Positions 26,755 through 36,077 of a DNA stretch of 53,481 nt are shown one piece after another. How positions within the stretch are numbered: position 1 is the stretch's first letter; each line of letters starts with the position of its first letter. Location of the stretch: IMG/VR virus record IMGVR_UViG_3300026283_000082, positions 1-53,481 of that record; one strand, 5' to 3'. Source of the stretch: a virus. Taxonomy: Duplodnaviria > Caudoviricetes. The notes beneath the pieces were generated by a model. It worked only from the letters and a program-made list of their open reading frames with translations, had not been told where the DNA came from and searched no databases. The position numbers and the translations under genes are program-made.

Positions 26755-28623
26755 ATGGGATTCTTTTCAGACGCCGCCCGAGACGCATTCTCGGACAACC
26801 GGCCCGACTACATCGACCCTTGGTCGGTCTTTGGCTCGCGCTACGACGACCCGCTCGGGCAGGGCGCGCCGCTTTGGCAGCGTTGTGCGTGGCTTGGCTA
26901 CCCCTACACCAACCCCGCGCAGGGCAACACCGTGCTCGGCGCTGTAACGGCCACGACGCCATCGGTCGTCATGGCCGCCATCGGAGGCAAAGGTAGCGGC
27001 AAGACGCTCTTTGGGGCGCTCCGCGCCGCGCACCTGATCCAGACGTATCCGGGCGGGCAGGGCTTCGTCGTTGCCAACTCCTACGGTCAGGCGTTTGGCT
27101 CGGCAGCGGCCAAGCTGGTGTACATGGCAAACGCTCTCGGCCTTCGGTATGAGTATTACACGCAGAAGACCATCAACGGCCTTCAATACAACTCGGTCTA
27201 CTACTTCCCCGACTACGACCACATCGTAGCCGTGCTGTCGTTCGACAACATCTCGCTCATCGAGGGATCGGAGTGGGACTGGATGTGGTGCGAGGAGATT
27301 CAGGATTGCTTGGAGCGAGACGTGAACGTGGCGGCCTCGCGCGTGCGGCGCGGCGTTGGAGACCACTCGATGTATTTCGCAGGCATGCCGGACGACGGGC
27401 AGCACTGGATGTACCGCTGGCTCGAAGAGCAGACCATACTGGCCGGGCCGGGCCGGGGCGAGCCCGTGCCGCTCTACGAGCCACCGCTCACCGAAAACCT
27501 CAGCAACAACCCCGAGGGGTACATGGAGGGGCTTCGTCTGCGCAACCGGAGCGTAGACATTGAACGCTACGTCTCGGGCGCTCGCATCTCGCTCGGCACA
27601 GCCCGCTGCCTGCCGTCGTTCTCGATTGACCTGCACCAGCGAAGCGAAACCGCCCTACGGCTTTCCGCCTACGACCCGTCGCTGCCCATCGGCATCTCCC
27701 TCGACTTCAACGTCAACCCGATGTGCGCGACCGTCCGTCAGGTCAAGCCGCTCGACCTCTTTGACCCCGATGGTCGCTACCGGACGACCAAGATGGTAGC
27801 CGCGCAGGTTGCCGAGTACGAGATTTTTGGGGCCACCACCGACGCCATGTGCGACGCGCTACTGGAAGACTTTGGGCGGATGGGGCGCATTGCCGGGCCA
27901 TCGGGGCACGTCGCAGGGGGGTTTGTCGTGGGCGACGCCACCGGCAGTCGCCGGGACACCCGATCCCCCGGCCTGACCGACTGGACGATCATTCGCGACC
28001 GCCTTTCTGCCCTGTCGGGGCTGCTCATTCGGCCCGGATGCGTGCTCTCGCGCCGCCCCTCGTCCGAATCGCGCGGGCGCAAGCTCGACACAGACCGCTA
28101 CTCCAACCCCCCCGTGCGCGACCGCGTGATCGCGCTGGAGCAGGCGCTCGTAGACAAAGACGGAGACATCCGGGTCACGTGGCTTCCGCACTCGGCCTTC
28201 GCCTCCGGCGGCTCGGCCCGGTCGTGCTCGTCTGCACTTTGGACAGCGGACGGCCGCATTGACGACCGGGCCGACAAAAGCTCGGATAAGGCAGCAGCAC
28301 GCACGCACTTCTTCGACGAAGAAGGCTACTACTTCTACTTCGCCCGCCACGACGGCCGCAGGATCGTCGGGCTCTTTGACGCCGACGAGGCGGACGCCCC
28401 TGCCCCCCGCCGCGCGCGCCGGGCCGACGTTCGCACGTCCGAGGCCATGCTCCGCTCGTCCTACGATGCCCCGGGCGCGCCCACAGACGCTGGCGCGCCC
28501 GGACGGGCCGCCGTCTCGGTCATGGGCGTAGCTGCGTCGCGGCCGGGCGCTGGAGCGCCGTTTGAAGCACCGCCTCTGCGCGGCGCTGCCCCAAAAGCTG
28601 CCCCGCCAAACATCGGGTTCTGA
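26755..28623 (+). CDS. terL: Terminase large subunit
   Basis: Walker A GGKGSGKT, Walker B WMWCEE, nuclease motifs LDFNVNPM, GDATG, HFFD; start 26755 (CCAGAAGAcgac ATG). Confidence 0.9.
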   Translation: MGFFSDAARDAFSDNRPDYIDPWSVFGSRYDDPLGQGAPLWQRCAWLGYPYTNPAQGNTVLGAVTATTPSVVMAAIGGKGSGKTLFGALRAAHLIQTYPGGQGFVVANSYGQAFGSAAAKLVYMANALGLRYEYYTQKTINGLQYNSVYYFPDYDHIVAVLSFDNISLIEGSEWDWMWCEEIQDCLERDVNVAASRVRRGVGDHSMYFAGMPDDGQHWMYRWLEEQTILAGPGRGEPVPLYEPPLTENLSNNPEGYMEGLRLRNRSVDIERYVSGARISLGTARCLPSFSIDLHQRSETALRLSAYDPSLPIGISLDFNVNPMCATVRQVKPLDLFDPDGRYRTTKMVAAQVAEYEIFGATTDAMCDALLEDFGRMGRIAGPSGHVAGGFVVGDATGSRRDTRSPGLTDWTIIRDRLSALSGLLIRPGCVLSRRPSSESRGRKLDTDRYSNPPVRDRVIALEQALVDKDGDIRVTWLPHSAFASGGSARSCSSALWTADGRIDDRADKSSDKAAARTHFFDEEGYYFYFARHDGRRIVGLFDADEADAPAPRRARRADVRTSEAMLRSSYDAPGAPTDAGAPGRAAVSVMGVAASRPGAGAPFEAPPLRGAAPKAAPPNIGF

Positions 28624-28636
28624 CGCAAGGCGCGCA

Positions 28637-28664
28637 AGTCGCCTCGCCTGAGTCGCCTCGCCTG
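28637..28664. repeat. Tandem repeat AGTCGCCTCGCCTG x2 between convergent genes
   Basis: Copies at 28637-28650 and 28651-28664, enclosed by a ctgacgc/gcgtcag inverted repeat. Confidence 0.8.
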
Positions 28665-28671
28665 AAGCGCG

Positions 28672-29721
28672 TCAGAAGTTGCGGTGCCCCTTGAAGAAGT
28701 AGTAGCGGCCCGTGTCGGAGAGGCGAGTGCTCACGCCCGCGCCTGCGTACGAGCGCGTGCCCGAGTCGGCGCTGCGCATGAGTTCGCGTACGCGGTCTTG
28801 CAGCGCCTCTTCGTCCTGTCGGTCAAAGAACACGAACGGCCGTGGCGGTAGGCCGCCGTTAGAGAGGCGGCGAATCCTGCCACTGCTCGACCTGCGCCGC
28901 ACGTTCTGGAGCCCGTAGTGCTGGACGATGGCGATGCGGAGGCTTCGCTGCGTAGCAAAGCCGATGCGAAACTCGAACGTGCCGATGTCAAACATCACCC
29001 GCCCCTCGCGCGGCGTGCTGCGAAGGCCAAGGCGCACGCGCATCTCCGGCGCGCTTGCCTCTGCCCGGCCCGGCACGAAGGTCGCCTTCACGCGAAGATC
29101 GCGCATCATTTGGCCGGAGAAGGAGAGGTCTACCCGCCCACTCTTCATCTGGCGGTAGCCGCCCTCAAAGCTGGCCCACCTGCGCTTTCGGCCCTTCGTG
29201 AAGACGTAGTCCCCTTGTCCGCGCCGCTCGTACCACCACTGGCCGCCGCGCTTTCCTGTGGACAGCGTTGAGCCTCGGCGCTCGGACATGTCGAAGCCCT
29301 GAAGACGCTCCGCCCACACGCGCCGCGCGAGGGGCGAGGGCTCCTCTTTGGCCGTTTTGGTAACAGGTACCCACAGCGGGTTGGACGAGTAGGGCTTGAA
29401 CGACTGCCGCGCACCGCCCGCCGCGTAGCGGCCGGTGCCATAGCCTGCCGCGCCGCGCCCGCCAGCGGTTCGTGCCCGGATAAGATCGGCCCCAAGCGCG
29501 CCAAGGCTCGACGCAATCGCCCTCTGAGAGAATGCCCCCTGCCCCATCGAGCGGTTGATGCCGACCATGAGGGCCGGATTTTTGTGTACCCGCCCGGCGA
29601 CCTCGCCAAAGGCCACGTCCGCAAGAACGCCTGCAAGGCCGCGTCGGAAGACAATCTGGCCTTCGACCCCTTTGATGCCCGTTTGAACGGCGGGGCCCGT
29701 CACTTCGACTGCGAGCGGCAT
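28672..29721 (-). CDS. Virion morphogenesis / tail completion protein (Mu gpG-like)
   Basis: C-terminal IAIVQHYG...LPPRPFVFFDRQDEEAL resembles the HqfG...IPARPF signature. Confidence 0.6.
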   Translation of the reverse strand: MPLAVEVTGPAVQTGIKGVEGQIVFRRGLAGVLADVAFGEVAGRVHKNPALMVGINRSMGQGAFSQRAIASSLGALGADLIRARTAGGRGAAGYGTGRYAAGGARQSFKPYSSNPLWVPVTKTAKEEPSPLARRVWAERLQGFDMSERRGSTLSTGKRGGQWWYERRGQGDYVFTKGRKRRWASFEGGYRQMKSGRVDLSFSGQMMRDLRVKATFVPGRAEASAPEMRVRLGLRSTPREGRVMFDIGTFEFRIGFATQRSLRIAIVQHYGLQNVRRRSSSGRIRRLSNGGLPPRPFVFFDRQDEEALQDRVRELMRSADSGTRSYAGAGVSTRLSDTGRYYFFKGHRNF

Positions 29722-29763
29722 GGGTTTGGGTATGATGTCACGGGGCTTACTCCCCGACGCCGC

Positions 29764-31110
29764 TTACTCCCCGGCGGGGGGCCTGCCCGGCTGCGGGCGC
29801 TCAGGGAGAGAGTCGCCGCCTCCGGCCTCTACGGGCACGAGCGCCCTGCCCCGCAAGTGTTCGTGCGGCGTAATGCCAAGCTCGTCGCACACAAAACTGT
29901 CGTCAAGCACACCGCCGAGCCTCTGGTAGATTTGGAATACGCGCGCCTTCTTCTCGTTGTCCTCCGGGTTGGGAATCGTCAGGCGAATCGAGGGGAGTTC
30001 GTAGGGGTCGAAGTCAGGCGAAATGTTGTGCCAAGCAGCAAAAGTCAGGAGGGCTTGGTAGCCCTCCTCCACAATGGCCCCGATGCTCTTCATCACCTCG
30101 TAGCGGATGCGGTTGTGCACGTTTGCCTTGGCGTACGAACCCTGATCACCCCCGTCGCTCGTCTGCGTCTGACCGGCAAGGCAGATCGTGATCTCGGTGT
30201 TGCACAGGTCGATGATGTCGCTGAAGATGGCAACTTGGCCCGTTCGAGAAACGTCCTTGAACTCGATCTCCATGTCCTTGGGAAAGAGCGCGAAGGCGTT
30301 GCGCTGGAGGTAGCGCATGTAGGCGATCATGTCAACCTTCTCCTCCTCGCTGGCCCCGATGTCGTAGTAGCCGAGCAGGTGGGGGTGGCCGTAGTGCGCG
30401 TTGAACTCGCCCCAGTAGAGCGCGTTGCTGTTCTTCAGGTACCACCACGGCAGGCAGGCCCGGAGCGCCCCAGCCATCTCGTACTGCCCTTCGCTCGTTC
30501 CATCGGCGAGCATTAGAAGGCTACCCGGCTCAAAGGCAGAGAGCACTTCGCCCTTGGGCTCTTTTTCGGTCGAGATTGCAAGCTGCCCGTAGGTCTTCGA
30601 GTCCTTCTTTCGGTCAACACGCAGCAGAGCCGGAGACACCTCGCGGATTTCGTTGGGAAGCTGGAAAAGCTTGCCGGTTTCGCTCTTGACATCGTTGTAG
30701 CGAGGCGCAAACACCGACACGCCAGACAGGTATGGCTGCACCATCATCCCGGTCGTGCGGTGGCGACTGGTCGTTCGCACAAGGTCACGGGCCATAGCCC
30801 CCGCCTGCCGTGCGGCGCGGCTCTTGGCCGGGCTCTCAAACACCCTGAGCGGGCTTGCCATCAGCGCGGCGCGGAAGGCCTCGCGCAGGCCCCGGATGCG
30901 CGGATCGGTCGTCTGCGAGCGCCGGTAGAGCCCTTGCAGCGGGCCAAGATTACCAGACGAAGCCTCGATAAAAGCCGAGTTGATGTCGTCGGGCGTCACA
31001 GACGACTTCTCCATCTCGCGGATGGCGTCCCTTTGCGATGGCAGCACGCGCGTGGCTACCGGCACACTGCTCCCGCCCGACGAGGAGCGTCCGATGGTGC
31101 GATTCTGCAT
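29764..31110 (-). CDS. Portal protein, Mu gp29/DUF935-like
   Basis: D.RIRG...R, WGEFNAHYGHP..GYY, IEF, EITICLAGQTQTS..G..GSYAKANVH..IR. Confidence 0.88.
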   Translation of the reverse strand: MQNRTIGRSSSGGSSVPVATRVLPSQRDAIREMEKSSVTPDDINSAFIEASSGNLGPLQGLYRRSQTTDPRIRGLREAFRAALMASPLRVFESPAKSRAARQAGAMARDLVRTTSRHRTTGMMVQPYLSGVSVFAPRYNDVKSETGKLFQLPNEIREVSPALLRVDRKKDSKTYGQLAISTEKEPKGEVLSAFEPGSLLMLADGTSEGQYEMAGALRACLPWWYLKNSNALYWGEFNAHYGHPHLLGYYDIGASEEEKVDMIAYMRYLQRNAFALFPKDMEIEFKDVSRTGQVAIFSDIIDLCNTEITICLAGQTQTSDGGDQGSYAKANVHNRIRYEVMKSIGAIVEEGYQALLTFAAWHNISPDFDPYELPSIRLTIPNPEDNEKKARVFQIYQRLGGVLDDSFVCDELGITPHEHLRGRALVPVEAGGGDSLPERPQPGRPPAGE

Positions 31111-31157
31111 AGCGTCTTCTCGTTTCTCGAACCGCCGGGTCAGGCGGGTACAGGCCC

Positions 31158-31190
31158 AAGATACGCCGAGACCCCGCGCAGCGCACCAAA
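31158..31190 (-). promoter_or_regulatory. Putative late promoter (portal operon)
   Basis: Minus strand TTTGGTG-N20 (spacer begins CGC)-TATCTT, followed by the leader hairpin at 31132-31147. Confidence 0.55.
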
Positions 31191-31259
31191 CCTCGCCCGC
31201 GCACGCGCACGCGCACGCTCGCGCACACGATCTAACGAGTGAATGATTTATGTCTCAAA

Positions 31260-31312
31260 AGTAGCACTTGTAAGGGGCGCGCCAGCGCCCCGCATCCCCT
31301 ACAAGTGCTACT
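31260..31312. repeat. Inverted repeat AGTAGCACTTGTA / TACAAGTGCTACT in the divergent portal/head intergenic region
   Basis: 13-bp perfect arms (31260-31272 and 31300-31312), extended by GGGG/CCCC after a 1-nt bulge. Confidence 0.8.
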
Positions 31313-31435
31313 CCAAGAGAAAGGATGCAAGCGGTTTCCCAAGAGAGTAGTATAGATTCACTATTAGCGCGTGCGCGCGCGGGAAAGGCTATGACATGCT
31401 CGCAGGGGATGGCGTCTTTGGCGATGGGCGGGGAC

Positions 31436-31468
31436 TTTGTGGCGCTCTTTTGACCTGCGGTGTATCTT
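31436..31468 (+). promoter_or_regulatory. Putative late promoter (head operon)
   Basis: TTTGTGG-N20 (spacer begins CGC)-TATCTT. Confidence 0.6.
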
Positions 31469-31537
31469 GCACCGAGCGTCCCGCTTCAAGCCCCGCGCCT
31501 TGCCTCTTGCCGGAGGCCAGCACATCAGAAGACCATC

Positions 31538-32074
31538 ATGCCCTACGCAACCGCCCAAGACTTGTGGCGCTGGCTCTCGCCAAGAGACGTTGGGCAGCTT
31601 GTGTTCGACAGCGACGAAGAGTATGCGAGCGCGGACGTGGACGAGGCGCTGCTCATCGCAGACGGAGTCACAGCGTCGTTCTCGCCTGAAAGTCCCGGAG
31701 ACTGGGCCACGCTCAAGCTCGCCACGGCTCTACGCGAGTCGCTGGAGTGGTCGCACAGCATCGCAGACAGCTTCCTCTCCGCCCGCCACGAACTCCCGCT
31801 CACCTTCCCCTCGGCAATCCCCTCTGCCCTCAGCGAGGCCGTTATCACGCTTGCCAAAGAGCGTCTATATGCCCGGCGCAACGCCCGGCTCCCCGAGGGT
31901 CTTGAGCGTTCAGCCGCCGAAGCCCGCGAATGGCTCAACCGCGTGTCGCTCGGACGCGCCAAGGTCGTAATCGAGCCCGCCGCCGGGCAGAGCCCCGCAA
32001 GCGCCCGTCAAATCTACGTCGGCTCACGCACGCCTCCTCCGGGCACCGTTGGCGTGGGCGGGCTCATGCTCTAA
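31538..32074 (+). CDS. Head-tail adaptor, Mu gp36/DUF1320-like
   Basis: MPYATAQDL...ADSFLSARHELPL...LYARR...AREWLNRVSLG. Confidence 0.8.
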   Translation: MPYATAQDLWRWLSPRDVGQLVFDSDEEYASADVDEALLIADGVTASFSPESPGDWATLKLATALRESLEWSHSIADSFLSARHELPLTFPSAIPSALSEAVITLAKERLYARRNARLPEGLERSAAEAREWLNRVSLGRAKVVIEPAAGQSPASARQIYVGSRTPPPGTVGVGGLML

Positions 32075-32098
32075 CGCGATCCACCCGCAGGCTAATCC

Positions 32099-32641
32099 AT
32101 GCCCGTAGACCAAGTCTTTACCCCTTCCGCCTACCTACTTGGAGCCGAACAGGCGGTGCTCGCCCGCCTTGTGGCCGCGTGCTCCATGCTTGGGCTCGCG
32201 GACGTGCAGGTGCGCGCCTACGCGGGCGAGCTTGCCGTAGACGAAAACGGTTACGTGGACGTGGAGAACGCCTTGGCTCGCGGCCCTGTGATTTTCGTGG
32301 CCTTCAACGGAAGGCAGCACGCTCAGGCCTCGTCCTCGTATGGCACGCGCGCCGAGACGATCAGCTACACCTGCTACCTGTGCGCCCGCAGCCTGCGCTC
32401 GGAGACTGAGCAGGTGCGCTCCACCTACAACCTCTCCGAGGCTTTTGATCTGGCCTTCGCCGGTTCGTCGGCAAGCACGGACATTGCCATCGACCACGAC
32501 ATGAAGCCGGAGGCGCTGGAGGCCAAGAAGTACGTCCAGCAGGGCCTTCAGGTGATGCTGGTAACGCCAGACGCTGCCATCCTCGCTGGGGCAGTTGACC
32601 TTCATATCCTTCGCTCCATTGACGGGCTTCAGACCCTCTAA
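32099..32641 (+). CDS. Putative tail terminator/neck protein (Mu gp37-like)
   Basis: Position after the gp36-like gene; VRAYAGEL..P.IFVAFNG...ARSLRSE pattern. Confidence 0.6.
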   Translation: MPVDQVFTPSAYLLGAEQAVLARLVAACSMLGLADVQVRAYAGELAVDENGYVDVENALARGPVIFVAFNGRQHAQASSSYGTRAETISYTCYLCARSLRSETEQVRSTYNLSEAFDLAFAGSSASTDIAIDHDMKPEALEAKKYVQQGLQVMLVTPDAAILAGAVDLHILRSIDGLQTL

Positions 32642-32662
32642 GTCCAAGCGCACGGCACATCC

Positions 32663-34063
32663 ATGAAATACACCAACATCCTGCTCTTTGCAGCCGCGCA
32701 TACGTGGGCGGTGCGCCCCTCGGTGGCGGAGCCCATTCTTGCCATCCTCGCCAGCCGGGCCTCAGATGCCAGTCATTCCACTCAGGCGCAGGAGCAGGCC
32801 ACGCTGCCCCCCGCTGCCCCTTCGGTGACTGGAATGCCACAGGCGCTTCCCGGGGGCGTGGCGCTCGTTCCGCTGGTTGGCATCATTATGTCACGCGCAA
32901 GCTGGCTTGATGCCGAGTGCGGAATGACCAGCCCGCAGGTGTTTGCCCGGCAAGTGCGCGACGCGGCGGCCAGAAGCGACGTGCAAACCATCGTGCTCTA
33001 CGTGGACACCCCCGGCGGAACCGTAGGCGGCGTTCACGAGGCGGCGCTTGCTATTCGCGCGGCCAAGAGCGCGGGCAAGCGCGTCATCGCCTGCGTCTCT
33101 GGCGAAGCGTGTTCGGGCGGCTACTGGATCGCCTCGCAGGCGGACGAGATCGTGCTTGGTGAGTCCGACATCGTAGGCAGCATCGGCGCTTACATGAGCC
33201 GCCGCGACATCTCGCGCGCGCTCGCCGCCGCTGGCATTTCCTACACCACCTACAAGACCGGAGAGGAGAAGGCCCTCGGCCTTGAGTACGAGCCTCCGAC
33301 CGAAACCGAGCGCGACGCTATCACGGCCCTTCTTGAGTCGCAGGTGCGCGTCTTCTACGCAGCCGTCGCCGAAGGCCGAGGCATCAAAGGCGGCGCAGAG
33401 GCCGTCCGAGAAGCGCACGGTAGCGCCCACTTGTACGTCGGCGCAGAGGCCGTCTCTGCGGGCCTTGCGGACCGCATTGGCACGCTGGACGATGTCTTGT
33501 CCGAACTCCAAGCCGAAGCCCCGTCCGGAACGCCGGGCATTCCCTCTCAAACCGCACAACCACCCACCTTCATGCAGAACGAAGCCGCGCCCACGCCCGA
33601 AACCACGATCCAAGCGAGCGCCGTGCTCGCCTCAAGCTCCGATAGCGTTACGGCCGAAACCTCGGCGCAAGAGCAGGCCGCGTCGGAGCAGGCTGTTGCG
33701 ACGCAAGAAGGCAAAGCGCCGGGACCGGGTGAAGCCCCGGCGCGCGATGCCAGTGACTCTGAGGCAGCGTCCGAATCTCGGACGACGAGCGCAGGCTCTT
33801 CCTCGGGGATGGACCCGCAGGCGGCCCGCTCGCTCGCCGAGCAGTATGTCCGCGCCCGCAGCATCACGCCTGCGCAGGCGACGGCGCTTGAGACGGCGCT
33901 TGTGGCCGACGAAGCCGCTGGCCGGGCTGTTCTGGCGGCGTTCTCCAAGCCCTCTGGCACCGCTGCGCCATCGGCGAACATCGCCGCTGCATCGGCGTCT
34001 GCCGAGAAGGACGAAGAAGGCCCCGTGACCAAGTTTCTTGCGCGACGGGGGCAGCGGGCGTAA
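32663..34063 (+). CDS. S49-family prohead protease with C-terminal scaffold-like region
   Basis: VDTPGGTV.G, ACSGGYWIASQADEI, VGSIG, GLADRIGT; low-complexity C-terminal third. Confidence 0.9.
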   Translation: MKYTNILLFAAAHTWAVRPSVAEPILAILASRASDASHSTQAQEQATLPPAAPSVTGMPQALPGGVALVPLVGIIMSRASWLDAECGMTSPQVFARQVRDAAARSDVQTIVLYVDTPGGTVGGVHEAALAIRAAKSAGKRVIACVSGEACSGGYWIASQADEIVLGESDIVGSIGAYMSRRDISRALAAAGISYTTYKTGEEKALGLEYEPPTETERDAITALLESQVRVFYAAVAEGRGIKGGAEAVREAHGSAHLYVGAEAVSAGLADRIGTLDDVLSELQAEAPSGTPGIPSQTAQPPTFMQNEAAPTPETTIQASAVLASSSDSVTAETSAQEQAASEQAVATQEGKAPGPGEAPARDASDSEAASESRTTSAGSSSGMDPQAARSLAEQYVRARSITPAQATALETALVADEAAGRAVLAAFSKPSGTAAPSANIAAASASAEKDEEGPVTKFLARRGQRA

Positions 34064-34122
34064 CTTTCCTCAACGCCTCCCAAAGGCCCGCCTGACCCGG
34101 CGGATCAAAACCAGAAGATACC

Positions 34123-34533
34123 ATGCCCCGCACCGCGACCAAGGTGATTTCCGCTCCGTACTTCCTTGCGGACGAGTTCTCTGCCACGCCCTCGTTTGGC
34201 GGAAACATTGACTGGGACGCCGTTCCGGACATCGCGGACTACAAGGACGAGGATGGCAACAAGATTCTGCCCTCGGGCACGATCCTGAAGCGTTGCGCCG
34301 ACGAGACGCTCGTTCCGCACGACTCCGTGAAGGTGGGCAACGTCGAGGGCCTGCTCCGCTACGCTACGGGCGAGAAGGCGCGCGCCCACGCCAAGACGGG
34401 GGTGGGCGTGGTCATTGGGGGCGTGGTCTACGAAGAGCTTGTCCCCGGCCTCACGCCCACGCTCAAGGACGAACTCGTCGCAAACGGCGTCGGCTGGCAC
34501 TTCCGGACTTACCAGAACAGCTTGACCGCCTAA
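34123..34533 (+). CDS. Head decoration protein
   Basis: 136 aa, between the protease and capsid genes; GNKILPSGT...GLL...G.V. Confidence 0.7.
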   Translation: MPRTATKVISAPYFLADEFSATPSFGGNIDWDAVPDIADYKDEDGNKILPSGTILKRCADETLVPHDSVKVGNVEGLLRYATGEKARAHAKTGVGVVIGGVVYEELVPGLTPTLKDELVANGVGWHFRTYQNSLTA

Positions 34534-34598
34534 GCCGCAGCTTTTAGGCGACACCAACAACACCTCCGCCTGACCCGGCGGCGACCATCAGAAGACTC

Positions 34599-35726
34599 AT
34601 GGACCTCTCGCTTCAGCCCGTCCTCGACCTCATCAACCGCGATGGCGGGGCGATGCGCATTGCCAACTCGACCCGCACGCCGAGCTCGTACTTCCTTGAG
34701 ACGCTGCTGCCCGAGCGCGGCGTGTCTTCGTACCGCGTGGACCGCTCCAAGATGATCGTGCGCTCCACGATGGCCGGTCTCGTCCCGATGGACACGTTCT
34801 ACCCGAAGGGGGGCGTGGTCGAAGTTGGCGGCATGAACGAGGACACGGCCAAGATCGCCATCGAGCAGACCTTTGGTGAGTCGCAGCTTCGCACGCTTCA
34901 GGACACGCTCTTGCGCCTCGGAAACTCCAGCATGTCCACCGAGCGGATGCTTCAGGAGTTTCTGAACTGGTACGACAAGATCATCCTCCAAGGCATCTAC
35001 GACTTCGAGGAGTACCTGCGCGGCCAAGCCCTCACTCGCGGGCAAATCAACATCCAACAAAACGGAACGTCGCTATCCGTGGACTACGGCATTCCTGCCG
35101 AGCGAATGCCCAGCACGTCCACGGTTGCCTCCGGCGCGGCGTGGCACCTGCCGGGCTCCGATCTCTGGACGAAGTTCCGCTCTGTGCGGCCACTGCTTCG
35201 TGGCGGGGTTACGAGCATCACGATGAACTCGGCGACGTACTACGCGGCCGAGGAGAACCCGGAGAACCGCCTCAAGGTGCTGTCCGAAGGCGACGGCTAC
35301 GTCGAGGTTGTCCGCTACGATGCCCGCGACGCAGGCAACGTCAACTCGGACGATAAGCGCGAGCGCCTGCGCATTCGCCTCTACGACGACGAGGCCGAGA
35401 GCCTGCGCCCGGACGGTACGACGGTGCGCCACAAGTTCGTGGAGGACGGGGCGGTCATCATCACCGGACGCCCGCAGCGCCGGGGCTACTACGTCGGACA
35501 GGGCTCGACCGACGACCCGGACAACGAACTGGCCCTTGGCTACACCCATATCGCGCCGACCACGGAAGGCACGAACGAAGGCAACCCCGGCCCCGGCCGG
35601 TGGGGCGAGATCGGGACGGTTCCGGGCCGCGCCTACCAGCTTCGCGGCGCGGGCGTGAGCAACATGCTCCCGGTGATCGAGAACCCCGAAGCCCTTGTCG
35701 TGCTCCGCACCGAACTCCCGTCCTAA
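34599..35726 (+). CDS. Major capsid protein (lambda E-like)
   Basis: 375 aa; EEYLRGQALTRGQI...VDYGIP signature; position in the head operon. Confidence 0.85.
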   Translation: MDLSLQPVLDLINRDGGAMRIANSTRTPSSYFLETLLPERGVSSYRVDRSKMIVRSTMAGLVPMDTFYPKGGVVEVGGMNEDTAKIAIEQTFGESQLRTLQDTLLRLGNSSMSTERMLQEFLNWYDKIILQGIYDFEEYLRGQALTRGQINIQQNGTSLSVDYGIPAERMPSTSTVASGAAWHLPGSDLWTKFRSVRPLLRGGVTSITMNSATYYAAEENPENRLKVLSEGDGYVEVVRYDARDAGNVNSDDKRERLRIRLYDDEAESLRPDGTTVRHKFVEDGAVIITGRPQRRGYYVGQGSTDDPDNELALGYTHIAPTTEGTNEGNPGPGRWGEIGTVPGRAYQLRGAGVSNMLPVIENPEALVVLRTELPS

Positions 35727-35819
35727 GCCTACGGCTGGCGGGCAGGGCGTTGGTGGCGCTCGTGCCCCGCGCACCGCTCTTCTCGCGGGGCCCCGCCCGC
35801 CAGCCCGAACTACAGTCCC

Positions 35820-36056
35820 ATGCCACGCACCCGGAACAGCACTCAAATAAGCGCAACCGCCCCCGCCCCCGCCGAGGCCTTGTCGGCGGGGGCGGCCGAC
35901 ACGCAGCCCTCGGAGGAGCCGGGTCAAGAGGAGGTCGAAGTCGTGGTTCCGCACTTTCTCCGCCTTGGCGGGCAAAGCTTCTTTCCGGGCACCCGGAAGA
36001 TGCCCCGTCCGCTCGCCATCGAGGCTGGCCTTCTCGCCAGCCGCGAACAAGCCTAA
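35820..36056 (+). CDS. Small hypothetical virion-region protein
   Basis: 78-aa ORF filling the gap after the capsid gene. Confidence 0.55.
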   Translation: MPRTRNSTQISATAPAPAEALSAGAADTQPSEEPGQEEVEVVVPHFLRLGGQSFFPGTRKMPRPLAIEAGLLASREQA

Positions 36057-36077
36057 CAACCAACGCCCCGAGCTACG

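Noticed and set aside
28620-31440. Actively invertible portal cassette
   Set aside because: No inverted repeats matching both boundaries and no invertase gene seen
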